Shown in pieces: positions 51,335 to 62,229 of a DNA stretch of 64,000 nt. Both the position numbers and the translations under genes were made by a program. This DNA comes from Monocercomonoides exilis PA203 (Eukaryota > Protista > Preaxostyla). Every line of letters begins with the position of its first letter. The stretch's first letter is position 1. Where the stretch lies: NCBI GenBank assembly GCA_001643675.2, contig LSRY02000042.1, positions 558,001 through 622,000 on the forward strand. Direction: 5' to 3'. The notes beneath the pieces were generated by a model. The model made no database searches and had not been told where the DNA came from. It saw nothing but the letters and a program-made list of their open reading frames with translations.

Positions 51335-51724
51335 AAGTCCTGAAACCCCTCAATTTCTTTTTTCATCTGATATTAAACCCTCCTGCCTATTACAATGTCG
51401 TGCGGCGGATGAACAGAAGGACTGCGGATGAAGGTGCGGCCCTTGTCTCTACTCCCTCCCTTTCTTGGGGTGTCCATTGGGTGTTCTTGATCTGGTCATT
51501 TGCGCTTGAGCGGACCTGATAATTTGTCCTGTGCTTCTCTCACCGCGATTCCTCCGATAAGTTTCAAACTTTTTCTGTGAGGCAGTCTGTCTGCCCTCCG
51601 TCAGCTCCATGATGCTGCGGGGAATTATGGGGGCTGTCTCATCACCTTTGGGGGGTTCTGTAATATCGCTCTCGTGATGCGAGCTCCTCTCTCGAATTGG
51701 CCTTCGTCTCTTCGATCTCCTTCT

Positions 51725-52935
51725 CTAACTCCTATCCACTTCTCCCTTAACTTGTGATGTCTCTCCAGGATACTCCTTTGTTACGGCTTCAGCGTTCTCA
51801 TTTCTAATAACCTTTCTTTCGCTATCCTTCTCCGACTTGTCTCCCATTGCTGCTAGGGGTTCTGTGCTGCCGATAGTCTCCAGGATCCATTTCGTGTCCT
51901 GATCCGGAAACTCGGCGTAATATTCCTGGACTGCTCTCGACACTGGCACCCATCTCGCGAAGCATTGATTGCTTTCCAATCCGCATCATGTTGCCTAGCT
52001 ACGTGCGTTATCACAGCGTGTCTTATCGAGGACGCGGTGAAAGTTTTGGGTATTTCGTTCTCTCTCAAAATAGCCGTTTGTTCTTCTTTTATCTTCTGCA
52101 GGGTAACGGCTCTATTCCTTTCTTTATCGAACCGCACATGTTCGCTCTTTAAGGTTGTCATTGCATAGTCCATCCAGCGTTGAAGCGCTTCCACTGCATC
52201 GATACGTGGATTCGGTTGTTTATTAATAATAACATTGATAACCTTACCTCCAGACGTCTTGGTTCGAACTTGTGTCTGGACAGAGTTATCTTTAAATATC
52301 GTTGTCTCTCTTCTCATTCTTTCCAGCTCTGCTGGCCTTAGGGCTCCAAAGATCATAGTCAGGATGGGGGCTCTCCTCTGGAGTGTCCGAATATCTTTTG
52401 CGTCGTAGGTGCTTTCAGCCCTTTTGGTGATAATTGCAAGATCCCTCATCGATTTGTGTCGCTTGCATCTTCTTGGCTTCTCACCCACATAAGTCTTAAG
52501 AAATATTACTATGTCCTTCACATCAATCTTTGTATCTTTTAACAGATTAATAGAATCATGTATCTTCCATCCCGTCTGATGAATCATTCCACTCGACAGG
52601 TTAGTATTCGAAAGCGCTTCAGTGAACTCTGCCATAATCCATTTGGCATCTCTGGTTGTGAGGGGATCCGTGTCATCCATGCTCTCTTTATCTAGGAATT
52701 GCTTTAATCTTCGCAGCGCTCTCCACGAATCCCTTTCACCCTTTTGATTTTTCAGTATTGCTGATGCTATATCTTTTGCTCCAACGTATTCTCCCCATGA
52801 AAAGAAGAGGTCCCTTCCTGGGATATTTTCTTCTCCAGTGTGACACATGTCACCTCTCCTGGGTGAAATTTCCAGCCTTCCCTTCTCATTTTCTCTCCTG
52901 GTATCATGCACTCCTGAAAGGTCTCCAGGGTTCAT
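51725..52935 (-). pseudogene. Tyrosine recombinase of the DIRS element (frameshifted)
   Basis: Contains LRPAEL (Arg), RTKT (Lys) and SIRHA. After a 1-nt frameshift near 51960 it reads FARW...QEYY (Trp, catalytic Tyr). Confidence 0.85.
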
Positions 52936-55640
52936 ATCGAAGGCTCAAGCTGCAGTAGCGGGGTCCAAGTCTGCCCCCACCACGCTTGCTGAATCAGAAT
53001 CTTCAGTTCCCTCTGAACTTCCTTCATCTTCTCTTTCAGGGTCCGTCCGATTTTTCTTTGGAACGGGTGGACTAGCACTATCTCGTTCTCTTGCGTTTCT
53101 CTCTCTCTCTTCCTTCTCAAGGAGGACAGTCTCCAAACCCTTCAGCAGTGCACCGGAGCAATCTGTTCGGAAATAATATCTGGTGTTCTTGGTGCGATTG
53201 TTTGAACTATCTCTGCGACTTTCTCCCCCCTCAGTGCATAGTCCGGCTTTCTCACAATCCGGCTGAGTGCATCTGCTTCCGTGTTCTGCTCTCCCGGGAG
53301 ATGTTCCGTCTGTTTTGTCATGTCCAGGCTGTTCAGTTTCTTCTCCAATGCTCTCAGTGTTGGGATGAGCGATGGCGCTCCTCTTTTCTTCTGTATTGTC
53401 CATCTCGTGGACATGTTGTATGTCCTCAGACGAATATGATCTATTTTCTGTTGCTGAAGCCATGCTCCCTTTCTTTCGAGTGTCCTCAACACTGCTCTGG
53501 ACTCCTTCTCGTTGAATGCAAGCATGCTCTCCTGGCGTGTCCAACTTCAGTGGACATATATCTTCTCCTCTTTTCTCTCTCTCGGTATTGTCAGTACTTC
53601 ACCCCATCCCAGCTCTGAAGCGTCCGTCGTTAGCTCTGCTGGTCTGTTCTTTCTCCTCAGACTCCTTGGTCTGTTCTCTCGCAGGGTTTTCCTCCAATGT
53701 GTTAATTCTCCTAACATCATTGGGTTGGGTATCACCGTCCCGTTCCAGCCTCCGCGGGCTATTGCCTGCCTCAGCACGTATTGCATGCGCTTCATCCACA
53801 AGCTCGCTGGTGGGTGTTGTTACCTCGCGAAATTCAACCTCCCGAGGAGTGCTGCTAAGTCCCTCGTCTTTTGTCTCCTTCTTTCCTTTGCATGTGCTAT
53901 CCATTTTCGCACCTCCTCTAGCAGCAGCACTCTCTTCCTCTCTTGGAGCGTCACTTCCATCTTCTCTGAGTTCCAACTCCATCCCAAAAACTCCACGCTC
54001 CTTACGGGTTCTAGCTTCAGCTTCTCCTCCGACAGTATAAAGCCCAGATTTCTCAGGAACTGGGCTATCTCCTGTGAGATCAATCTCAATGCATCCCTGT
54101 CTGGGTACATGAGGAGAATGTTGTCCAGATATATTTCTAACTTCACTTTCTTCTTTTCTTTGATATATGACGCTGCCCGTCTCATTGTCTTCGTGAATGC
54201 TCTGGGAGCGTCCTTTGCTCCAAAGGGCATCCCTTCGTAAGCATAGCATTGATTCTGGATGCTGAAGCACAGATAGGGACTGAACTGCTCGTCCACTTTG
54301 ACATGTTGATAAGCACTCGATATGTCGAGCGTAGTCATCCAATCGTTCTCCTCCAGGAGTTCCACCACTGTCTCCTGGGAATCCATCTTGAAATGCTTCC
54401 CCTGCACTTCCTCGTTTTTAGTTCTGCAATCCAGGATCTTTCTCCACTTTCCGTTCTTCTTCCGGACCATGAATGTCGGATTGAACCACTTCACCTCCGA
54501 CTCTGGTACGGGCTTCACCACTCCGTCCTTCAATTCCTCCTCCAAGAGGGATAAATAATTGTTCTTCATCTCCGTCGTCCCCCGAAACTCTTGTCTGTGT
54601 TTTCTCTCCTCGAGTGAGATTGGGGATTGGGGACTTTTCCATCGAGCTTTTATACCACGGCTCACTAGTTTGTCTCCCCCAATCTTCCTCCACTCGCTCA
54701 GCCTGTTCACTAGCCTCACAGGAAGTAACTCTTTCGGTGGTCCAATAATTATACTCACATTCACTTCTGGCGTTTTGTGGCCATGCTGAATCTGTGTTAT
54801 CTCATCCCCTTCGAGAATATCTGCAATAGCTGTCCCCGAGCTCTCCTCCAGCGCGCTCCCAATTGGGGGCTCGATGACAATCCCAGAAGCTCTCCAATCT
54901 CCCTTCTCTTTTTCATTCTGGGATCTACGATCGTTCCGCTGTCTTGTCCTGCTGGGATATACGGAGTCTGTTTCTGTGCTCTCTCTCCATGATCCTTTCT
55001 CGTGATCTCTCGAGATCTCTTGATTTATCCTCCTCTCTTGATCGAACGGGCTCAATACCTCTTCGATATTCTCGCAATCTCCCATTGGTTCCGTTCTTGT
55101 AATTATCTGTCGATTGGGTGAGATTCCCTGTTGCATTGTCACTCCCTCGGAATTCGATAGCATTCCGTTTATCTCTGTCTCGCGGCAAAGCGCGACCTCC
55201 TTCCCCCTCGCTTCCACCATGCCCATTGTTTTGATCCAGAAGCTGTACCTGTTGCTGATTCTCCCTGTATACTCGGGTGAGCTGGGGGAGGGGAACTGTG
55301 ATCGAGGCCACTCTCCCAGCTGATGCTGGGGAATACTGTGGTAGGACTTGTGTTGACCTCCTTTTTTCCTTGAAATTCGTGAAGATCCCGTCGAAACCAT
55401 GCTTTTGGAGCTGTCTGAAAGCGAAGCCCTGAGCATTCCTGCCAACACTGTCCCTTCTTGCGCGTCCACTCCTGGCTGAGATAAGGCCGAAGGTTGTGGG
55501 GGAAACGGAGGATGCTCCGTACCCTGGAATATCCCACTCTGAGCGAAATAAAGTTGGTGCTCTCTGCCAGCTTCTTCAGGTTCTCCAACACCTCCTTGGG
55601 CATTCCTCCTTCTCAAAAGCCTTTCGCGCTTTCCCAACAC
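52780..55640 (-). pseudogene. DIRS pol: reverse transcriptase, RNase H and adenine-methyltransferase-like remnant
   Basis: RT motifs KWRKILDCR, TLDISSAYQH, MPFG and YLDN (YxDD altered). RNase H motifs TTDASELGWG and NTEADALSR. IVLVHP...AWWGQTWTPLL fits the DIRS MT domain. There are several stops and frameshifts. Confidence 0.88.
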
Positions 55641-56394
55641 GATTGGGGAATAACCTTTAGTAGGTTAATTCTGCTGATTCAATCTTCAATTAGGGTGTGC
55701 GCGCAGAAAAGAGCTCTCAGTTACTCTTTCTCTTCTCCTCCAAACGCCTTCTCCTCAATTCCTTAGCAGCAAGAGATGCAATCGCTATCGCAGCTTCAAA
55801 CACAGATTCAAGTGTAGGTTGGAGCAATTCAATGACTCTTATAGCTTCTGATGAATCCTTTCTTCCTTCAGATGTGACCGCTGTCCCAGCTAAGGCGTTC
55901 CAGCTTGCGTCCATATGCCCGGTAAAGAAACTCTTTTCGGTCTCCGGAATAAATGGATTCAATATGTTCTCATTTGTCCTGATTGAACCAGTCTTGCAAA
56001 AATCCAAGAATCTTCTCCGCTCGCCTGCATGTCTCCAGGGTGTCAACCACTCCCTGGGAAAAATTCTTGTTAAGTCTTCTATTCCTTCTTTCTCTTCCGG
56101 CGCTCCCAGCTCCTCCGAATCCCAGTCGCTATCCTCTTCATATTCCCGTCTCCTCGTGCGGCTAACTGAACGACGCAATCTCTCACGCTTTCCTTGTTTC
56201 CGCTTCGCGATCAGATCACCGAAGTCAACATCCGACTCCGACTCGCTCGATCTCGATCTGCTTCTTTTCCTAGCTCGTTCCCTCTTCACTTTCCTCGTTG
56301 GCAGCAACTCCGTAGCTCCCGACTGCATTGCTAGTGTTTGGCTTCTTGTTATTTCTTCAATCATGTCTTCTACCCTTGACAGCCTGTGCATCAA
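55169..56394 (-). pseudogene. DIRS ORF1 (gag-like), disrupted
   Basis: First ORF inside the element, overlapping the pol frame and broken near 55750-55600. Assigned by position only. Confidence 0.6.
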
Positions 56395-56577
56395 ATCAAA
56401 ACTTCTGTCTTCGCCGTCGCTATTTGGTCCTCAAACCGTATCTTGAGTCATTTAAAAAGCGGACAATGGTATGAAAAGAAGTTAAATTGTTTGCGAAGTT
56501 TGATCTAAAACCACCCATAATTTATAAAAACACTCATTATTGAGGAGCAAACCTGCTCCTTGCGTTTGTTGATTCGC

Positions 56578-56771
56578 AATAAAGCGAATTCCACCGTCTT
56601 GTCCATTTCTTTGAAAAATTCATCTGTCAAAATTGATTCTTCTCTTTCAGCAACCGTTTTTTCAGTCAATTCAATCATTTCATCAATCACATGCTTTTGC
56701 TCTTCCGCTGAACAATTTTTCAATTGCGAAAACATTTCTTTGTTCAAATGACGAACAGCAGAATTTTTCAA
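56578..56771 (-). pseudogene. 5' part of a helical-repeat family gene truncated by the DIRS element
   Basis: EMFSQLKNCSAEEQKHVIDEMIEL resembles EKFSQLEQFTEDKQKQKIGEINEL at 3362-3433. The frame runs directly into the ITR at 56577. Confidence 0.55.
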
Positions 56772-57704
56772 TGCATAAAAGATTTTTTTGCCCTATTTCA
56801 ACAAAGAAATAAAATGTCCAATAAGAGCAAACCCGAAAACCTTTCTGCAAAAGTCATCTCGTCTCCAACCTTCGTTTCATCACCAAAAACAAGATGAATT
56901 CGGTTTTATTAAAAGCAACATTATTTAATTGTGAGGATAACAGAAAAAAATATCACAATCATTTCAAAAAATAGAAAGATACTTGCTGTGCTTCTGATTG
57001 CATGCTTCTTACAAAAGCAATGCTCCAAATACAAATATTTCTTTATCACACCTTTGTTATTATAGGATGAAAGTGATCAAAAGTTTTTTTTTGAAACATT
57101 CATAGTTATTTTATCTCAACAGTGAAGGAAAGTGGATGTATAGAACAACGCAGTTTTCAATGATTTTTAATCCAGATTATTAAAAATTACCATATGGCAA
57201 AATTTTTTTGTAAAGTTCCATCACTTTAATTTTGTCCCACAAAAGATCACAAATGATCAAAAAAGTTGATCATTCCGTTCCCATATAAGATTTATGCTAA
57301 TTTTTTATTGTTGTTTTCTGAGCTTATTATTTAAAAGCATTTCAAAGATCCGATGATAACAGACAGAACGTTAATAATTTATTAGCAAATGCTTTTTTTA
57401 GCTACTGCTTTCGAGCTATTTGAATTAAATGAATTGCATGTTCTTATTTCTGCATTTTCATTTCATCAATTCGAATATTCATTAAAAATTCATGGATGTC
57501 ATACAAGTTTTTATAATTTTCTTTTGTTGTTAAACGAATAAAATTGATTTGCTTTAATTCAAGAATTTTTCATAAGAATTAATCAAACAGGAAAAATTCA
57601 TCAAAACTTTGCTCGTTGTTATCGAAAAATATTCAAAAAGCAGTTGACATTTATTTAATTATTAATGTTGTTTATCAAAATAAATCACCATTTATTACAA
57701 ATGG

Positions 57705-57739
<35 letters not shown>

Positions 57740-57835
57740 TTTCTCTTATTTTGATTTAATCAATCTATATTATCAAGTTTCTTTCATCTCAGGATGTGCC
57801 TTTCCCTTTTCCCTTCCTTTTAATATTGACACATT

Positions 57836-60800
57836 ATGGAAAAATATCCTACAATTATCCTTTCAAATAGCATGAAAAAAGCAGATTTTTTCGGCTGGTC
57901 AACCATTCTGATACAAATGAAAATGTTGTGTTTGTGTCACCATTAGGGCAGCCTGAAGACGTAGTGCGGTATCTGAAAAAGCTTCTTATGGCGGGAGCAG
58001 CGTAACAGTCGTTTCTTCACTCAGCGCCTTCGTCTTCTTCAACTGGAGCAGCACGCCGATCAGCTTCGCCATTCCTGAGGCGGAAAAGCAACGAGAAGAA
58101 GGCAGCAGGAGATGATAAGCTATCTTCTTCTTCTTCTTCAGCACCTGCGATTGACCCTTCGGATGCATCTGCGGTGGCAGCACCATACACGTCGGCAGGA
58201 GCAATGGACGACTTCGAGAGGTGGCTGGGGTGTATGAAAATCAAAAGATTTCGTAACTGAGGGAGCAACGGACGCTGCATGGATATGTTGTGGCGCGACT
58301 GGTGGTGCTGTATGGGGGTGTTGTATGAGCGTGCGATGAGGAGCTTTCTGCGATGCTTAAGGTTCAGTTCGTGGCGCAGCTTCAGTCGCTTGCAGCGTCT
58401 ATGTGCACGAAGTCGGGAGCAAGCGAATCTTTGAAGCGGCAGATGTGAATGCAATCTGTTTATAACATTGCAGCTGGATTTGCGATCACCGCAGTCGGTG
58501 CGTTTGGTGGTGAAGCTGGATAAGGAAGCGATATGACACTTGCCCACAGTGCGCGAAGTGGCGAAGAGCTGAAGAATATGGAGGAAGATCTGAAGAGGAA
58601 AATGGTGAATGCGGTGAATATACTGTGTGAGATGTGTGTGAAGTGCGAGGCGCAGAAATCCGAGATTGCAGGGGAGAATGAAGGGATGAGCAGACAAATC
58701 CGGGAGCTGAAGGAGCAGCAAGAGGAGGAGAAACATGAGATGGTAAAGATGTCTACGGAGTTCAATATACTTTTGCAGAAGATCCGGGACGACGAGCGGA
58801 AATCGTTGCGGATGAGTGGGCTGGTTAAGAAGCTGCAGGAGAAGAACAAGATTATCCTACGGCGGGAGAGGAAGATTCAGGAGCTGAACGAGAAGCACAA
58901 TGCATAGGTGAAGGAGCTTTAGGAGCAGCTTGCAGCCATGAAGGAGAAAGTCGAATTTATTTATGTGGGGATAGAGAAGGAGTTGAAAATCAAGATAAAG
59001 AAGTGCGAAGTGGAAAGTGGAGAAAGCAATGTTTCGATAGATGCGCCAAGGGTGTTATTTACGCCGGCTTTTTTTTGAGCCCTGTGAAGGGGCATGCTGG
59101 TTCAATCTTCGGTTTCGATGATTCAGCCATCGGAGTTGTTTGAAAAGGACTAAGAAAATTTGCACCGAGCATCGGGGATGGCTGCAGTGTGATGGTTGTA
59201 TCAGACCCGAGCGAGAAGGTTGTTGTTGTGAAAGCGAGCAGAGGAGTGAATATTGCAGGAGAAGCAAATGACGATGGAGCAGAGAATGCTTGTGATGGTG
59301 ATGGAGGATGAGTGGATACAACTGTAAAGCAGAAGATGAACCAGATGGAAAAGGAAACAAAAATGTTGATGGAGCTGCTGAAAGGATACGAATAGACAAC
59401 AAGCGAGTAGATGGCGCTGTTTATGGAGGTGATTGAGAAGCAGCAAATTATTCTTATGTTTTCAAAAAGCAGGAGCAGAAGAAAGTGAAGTTGTCGTTTG
59501 AAAAGACGATGGAGCGCCCGACGAGCTCAGTGTCTTTTTTGCTGGAGCAGGTGGTGTTCGAAATTGTGCATATGCTTCTGATGTCGCACATATATAAGTT
59601 ATCAATGTCGATTCAGTCGAGACAGCAGTGGCTGAAGACAGGACAGCGACGGAAGCTGGCGTGGATGCAGCCGACGATCAAGGGAATATACAGAGACAAG
59701 ATATTGGTTGATTTGAGTGATGGCAGCTCCGACTGTGAAGATGTGGAACTTCCAAGGCAGATGTTTTGAAGATTTTGTGTGTTTGCGGCTGGGGGAGAAG
59801 TTCTAGGAGAATTAAAAGAAAGAGGCAGTGCTGATGGCAATGATCTGCAATGTGATGTTGTTCCGAAAGGAATTTTCACATGTGCAGCAGTTGGGAAGTA
59901 CATGCCGGAGGATTTTACGGGAGATGAGCTGTCTTTCTTCCTTTATTGCAGCACGATGCAGTTTGAAGGCAAGCAGCATAAGCAGCCGATGAATGAGAAA
60001 GAGGACTTCCTGACAATATCGTTCCGAATGTTCCGGAATTGCTCCAACACGTTGTTTGAAGGGGCTTCTGAAAAGAAGATCAAGATGTTTTGGGAGGAGT
60101 TTGAGGGGCTGCAGTCGGAGAAGGGGGAGGCGGACGCGTCAGTGTTTCTGGGGTTTCTGCTGAACTATCACCTGGCAGAGGCAGTGAAGTGGAAGGAGGC
60201 AATGAGGGCGCTGTATGATTCCATACGCAGAGGCGAACCATCAACTCCATCTTCATTTTCGCTGAACGAAGCCTGCAGAGGGATAACGTTCTTACAGGCT
60301 GAGTCTCTTCTGTGTGTGCTATCCGCAGACTCCAAAGGCGCTGTCGATGCGGATCTTCCGGGATGAGTCCCGGCTGTCGGGCTGCTGTCTGTTGTCATTT
60401 TCATCGGTGCTGGAGGTATACCAGCACAATTACTTCATGATGCGCTGCTTGAAACTGCCGGATGTGTGCGACACAGCAGAATGGTGGGTGCCTCTTTCGA
60501 TGAATGAGAACAGAGGGGATATAAAGATGGTGAGCCAGCAACTGGCGCTGCTGAAGCAGGTTCTTCACGACTGAGCGTGCGCGCCTTCAAGGGAATTTGC
60601 GGGGGTGTTGGTAGGTGTGTCGGCAGGGGAAGAAAGAAGGGCGGCAGGCGCTGTTCCGGATGGTGCGGCTGCTGGTGGAGCTGGTGGGACTGCAAATTGG
60701 AAGAAAGAGGTGGAAGGGGAGATCTTCTTTAAGCTGCCACTGTGGGACTGGCAGCGAGTTGTTATGTCTCACGACACAATGACATGGCACTGGAAGGGAG

Positions 60801-60880
60801 AAGGAGCCAATGCCTTTTCATGCTTCATTATTATCTTCTTTTTTAACTTTTACATAATAGCTCGAGAAGGGTTTGAGTGA
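57836..60880 (+). pseudogene. Degenerate coiled-coil-containing gene, paralog of 174-1390
   Basis: GC-rich coding-like DNA broken into ORFs 58533-58907, 59485-59769, 59779-60366 and 60314-60574 by in-frame stops and frameshifts. Confidence 0.6.
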
Positions 60881-61098
60881 GAAAGAGATGGAGATCAACA
60901 ACATGCTGCTGTTCTATGAATGTTTATAAGATGCGATCGACGCTTTGATTTTTCTAATGACATATTCATCGAAGTTATCATCTTCTTTTCCTTTTTCATC
61001 CTTTTCTATCTCCTGTTTCTTGTCGAATTCATTTTCTTTCAAAAAGCTTTTGAAAGAAACAGATATGCAGTTAACACTGAGAATACAACAGTCTTCCT

Positions 61099-62229
61099 TC
61101 AATATATTTCTGAACATAATGTTTGAAGAGAAGAAGTTGAAGAAGGTGTAGGCGAAGGTGAAGGTGAAGGTGAAGGAGAAGGTGAAGGAGAAGAAGGAGA
61201 AGAAGAAGATGATGAAATTAAAGAAGACGAAGAAGACGAAGAAGACGAAGAAGACGAAGAAGACGAAGAAGACGAAGAAGACGAAGAAGACGAAGAAGAC
61301 GAAGAAGACGAAGAAGACGAAGAAGACGAAGAAGACGAAGAAGACGAAGAAGACGAAGAAGACGAAGAAGACGAAGAAGACGAAGAAGACGAAGAAGACG
61401 AAGAAGACGAAGAAGACGAAGAAGACGAAGAAGACGAAGAAGACGAAGAAGACGAAGAAGACGAAGAAGACGAAGAAGACGAAGAAGACGAAGAAGACGA
61501 AGAAGACGAAGAAGACGAAGAAGACGAAGAAGACGAAGAAGACGAAGAAGACGAAGAAGACGAAGAAGACGAAGAAGACGAAGAAGACGAAGAAGACGAA
61601 GAAGACGAAGAAGACGAAGAAGACGAAGAAGACGAAGAAGACGAAGAAGACGAAGAAGACGAAGAAGACGAAGAAGACGAAGAAGACGAAGAAGACGAAG
61701 AAGACGAAGAAGACGAAGAAGACGAAGAAAACGAAGAAGATGAAGAAGACGAAGAAGACGAAGAAGACGAAGAAGACGAAGAAGACGAAGAAGACGAAGA
61801 AGAAATAAAAAAAGAAATATATGATAACAAAGAAGACTTTGAAGAAGAAAAATCAACAACTGAAAGAGGAAGCTGTCCATATGCTTCATGAATAATAGAA
61901 CTGCCTGAATATGAAAATAACTGCCAAAAGTTGAATTTCAATCTTTCAATCCGAACAGTCTCTGAGGTTGAGATGAGAATTCCTTCATTGTCAGAAATTG
62001 TTGAGTTCAGATATACAAAAGTAGCGAAGGGAGGTTTCAGTGAGTGGATGCTAACATCCTTTGCTTCGCATTCCCCAACAATTTCTGTTTGCCCCGAGGC
62101 CAACAGCTGCGAGTACAGAGATGGAATGATGTGTTGCACTCCAAAGCTCAATGAGTGGCATGGCATACTGAACTCTCCACATTGCTTGCTATTCTCGTGA
62201 TTTCTTGTAATAGAAGACACAAATATCAT
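61099..62229 (-). pseudogene. Fragment of the beta-helix receptor family carrying a huge poly-Ser expansion
   Basis: IFVSS..ENSKQCGEFSMPCHSLSFGVQHI..GECEAKDVSI resembles VFVSG..DGRGCGSQSNPCKSINWGVDHI..GQCVIRDLNV of the 38850-47048 protein. Confidence 0.6.
61223..61804. repeat. 9-bp tandem array (GAAGACGAA)n, ~64 copies
   Basis: Near-perfect array with only two variant units, near 61729-61741. Confidence 0.97.

Larger units (their letters stand above)
50578..56577 (-). mobile_element. DIRS-type tyrosine-recombinase retrotransposon, ~6 kb, decayed
   Basis: Order on the minus strand is gag-like, RT, RNase H, methyltransferase remnant, YR. Imperfect ~70-bp ITRs lie at ~50584-50656 and ~56505-56577, with an internal complementary region at 51250-51334. 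The left boundary is uncertain by about 10 bp. Confidence 0.9.

Noticed and set aside
50617-51720. Hammerhead ribozyme or extra gene in the DIRS 3' region (ORFs 50730-50990 and 50746-51006)
   Set aside because: No CUGAUGA...GAAA core with flanking stems was seen, and the short ORFs have no recognisable motifs.
58890-58935. In-frame TAG/TAA in several coding-like regions suggesting TAR=Gln reassignment, as known in some oxymonads
   Set aside because: MAT, CFAP20 and the peptidase end at TAA and the aminotransferase at TAG in the expected positions. The 17-kb and 8-kb ORFs have no internal TAR. The affected loci also have TGA stops or frameshifts, so they are pseudogenes.
61158-61889. (KTK)n and (LLR)n ORFs
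   Set aside because: They are alternate frames of the 9-bp array and have no independent coding evidence.
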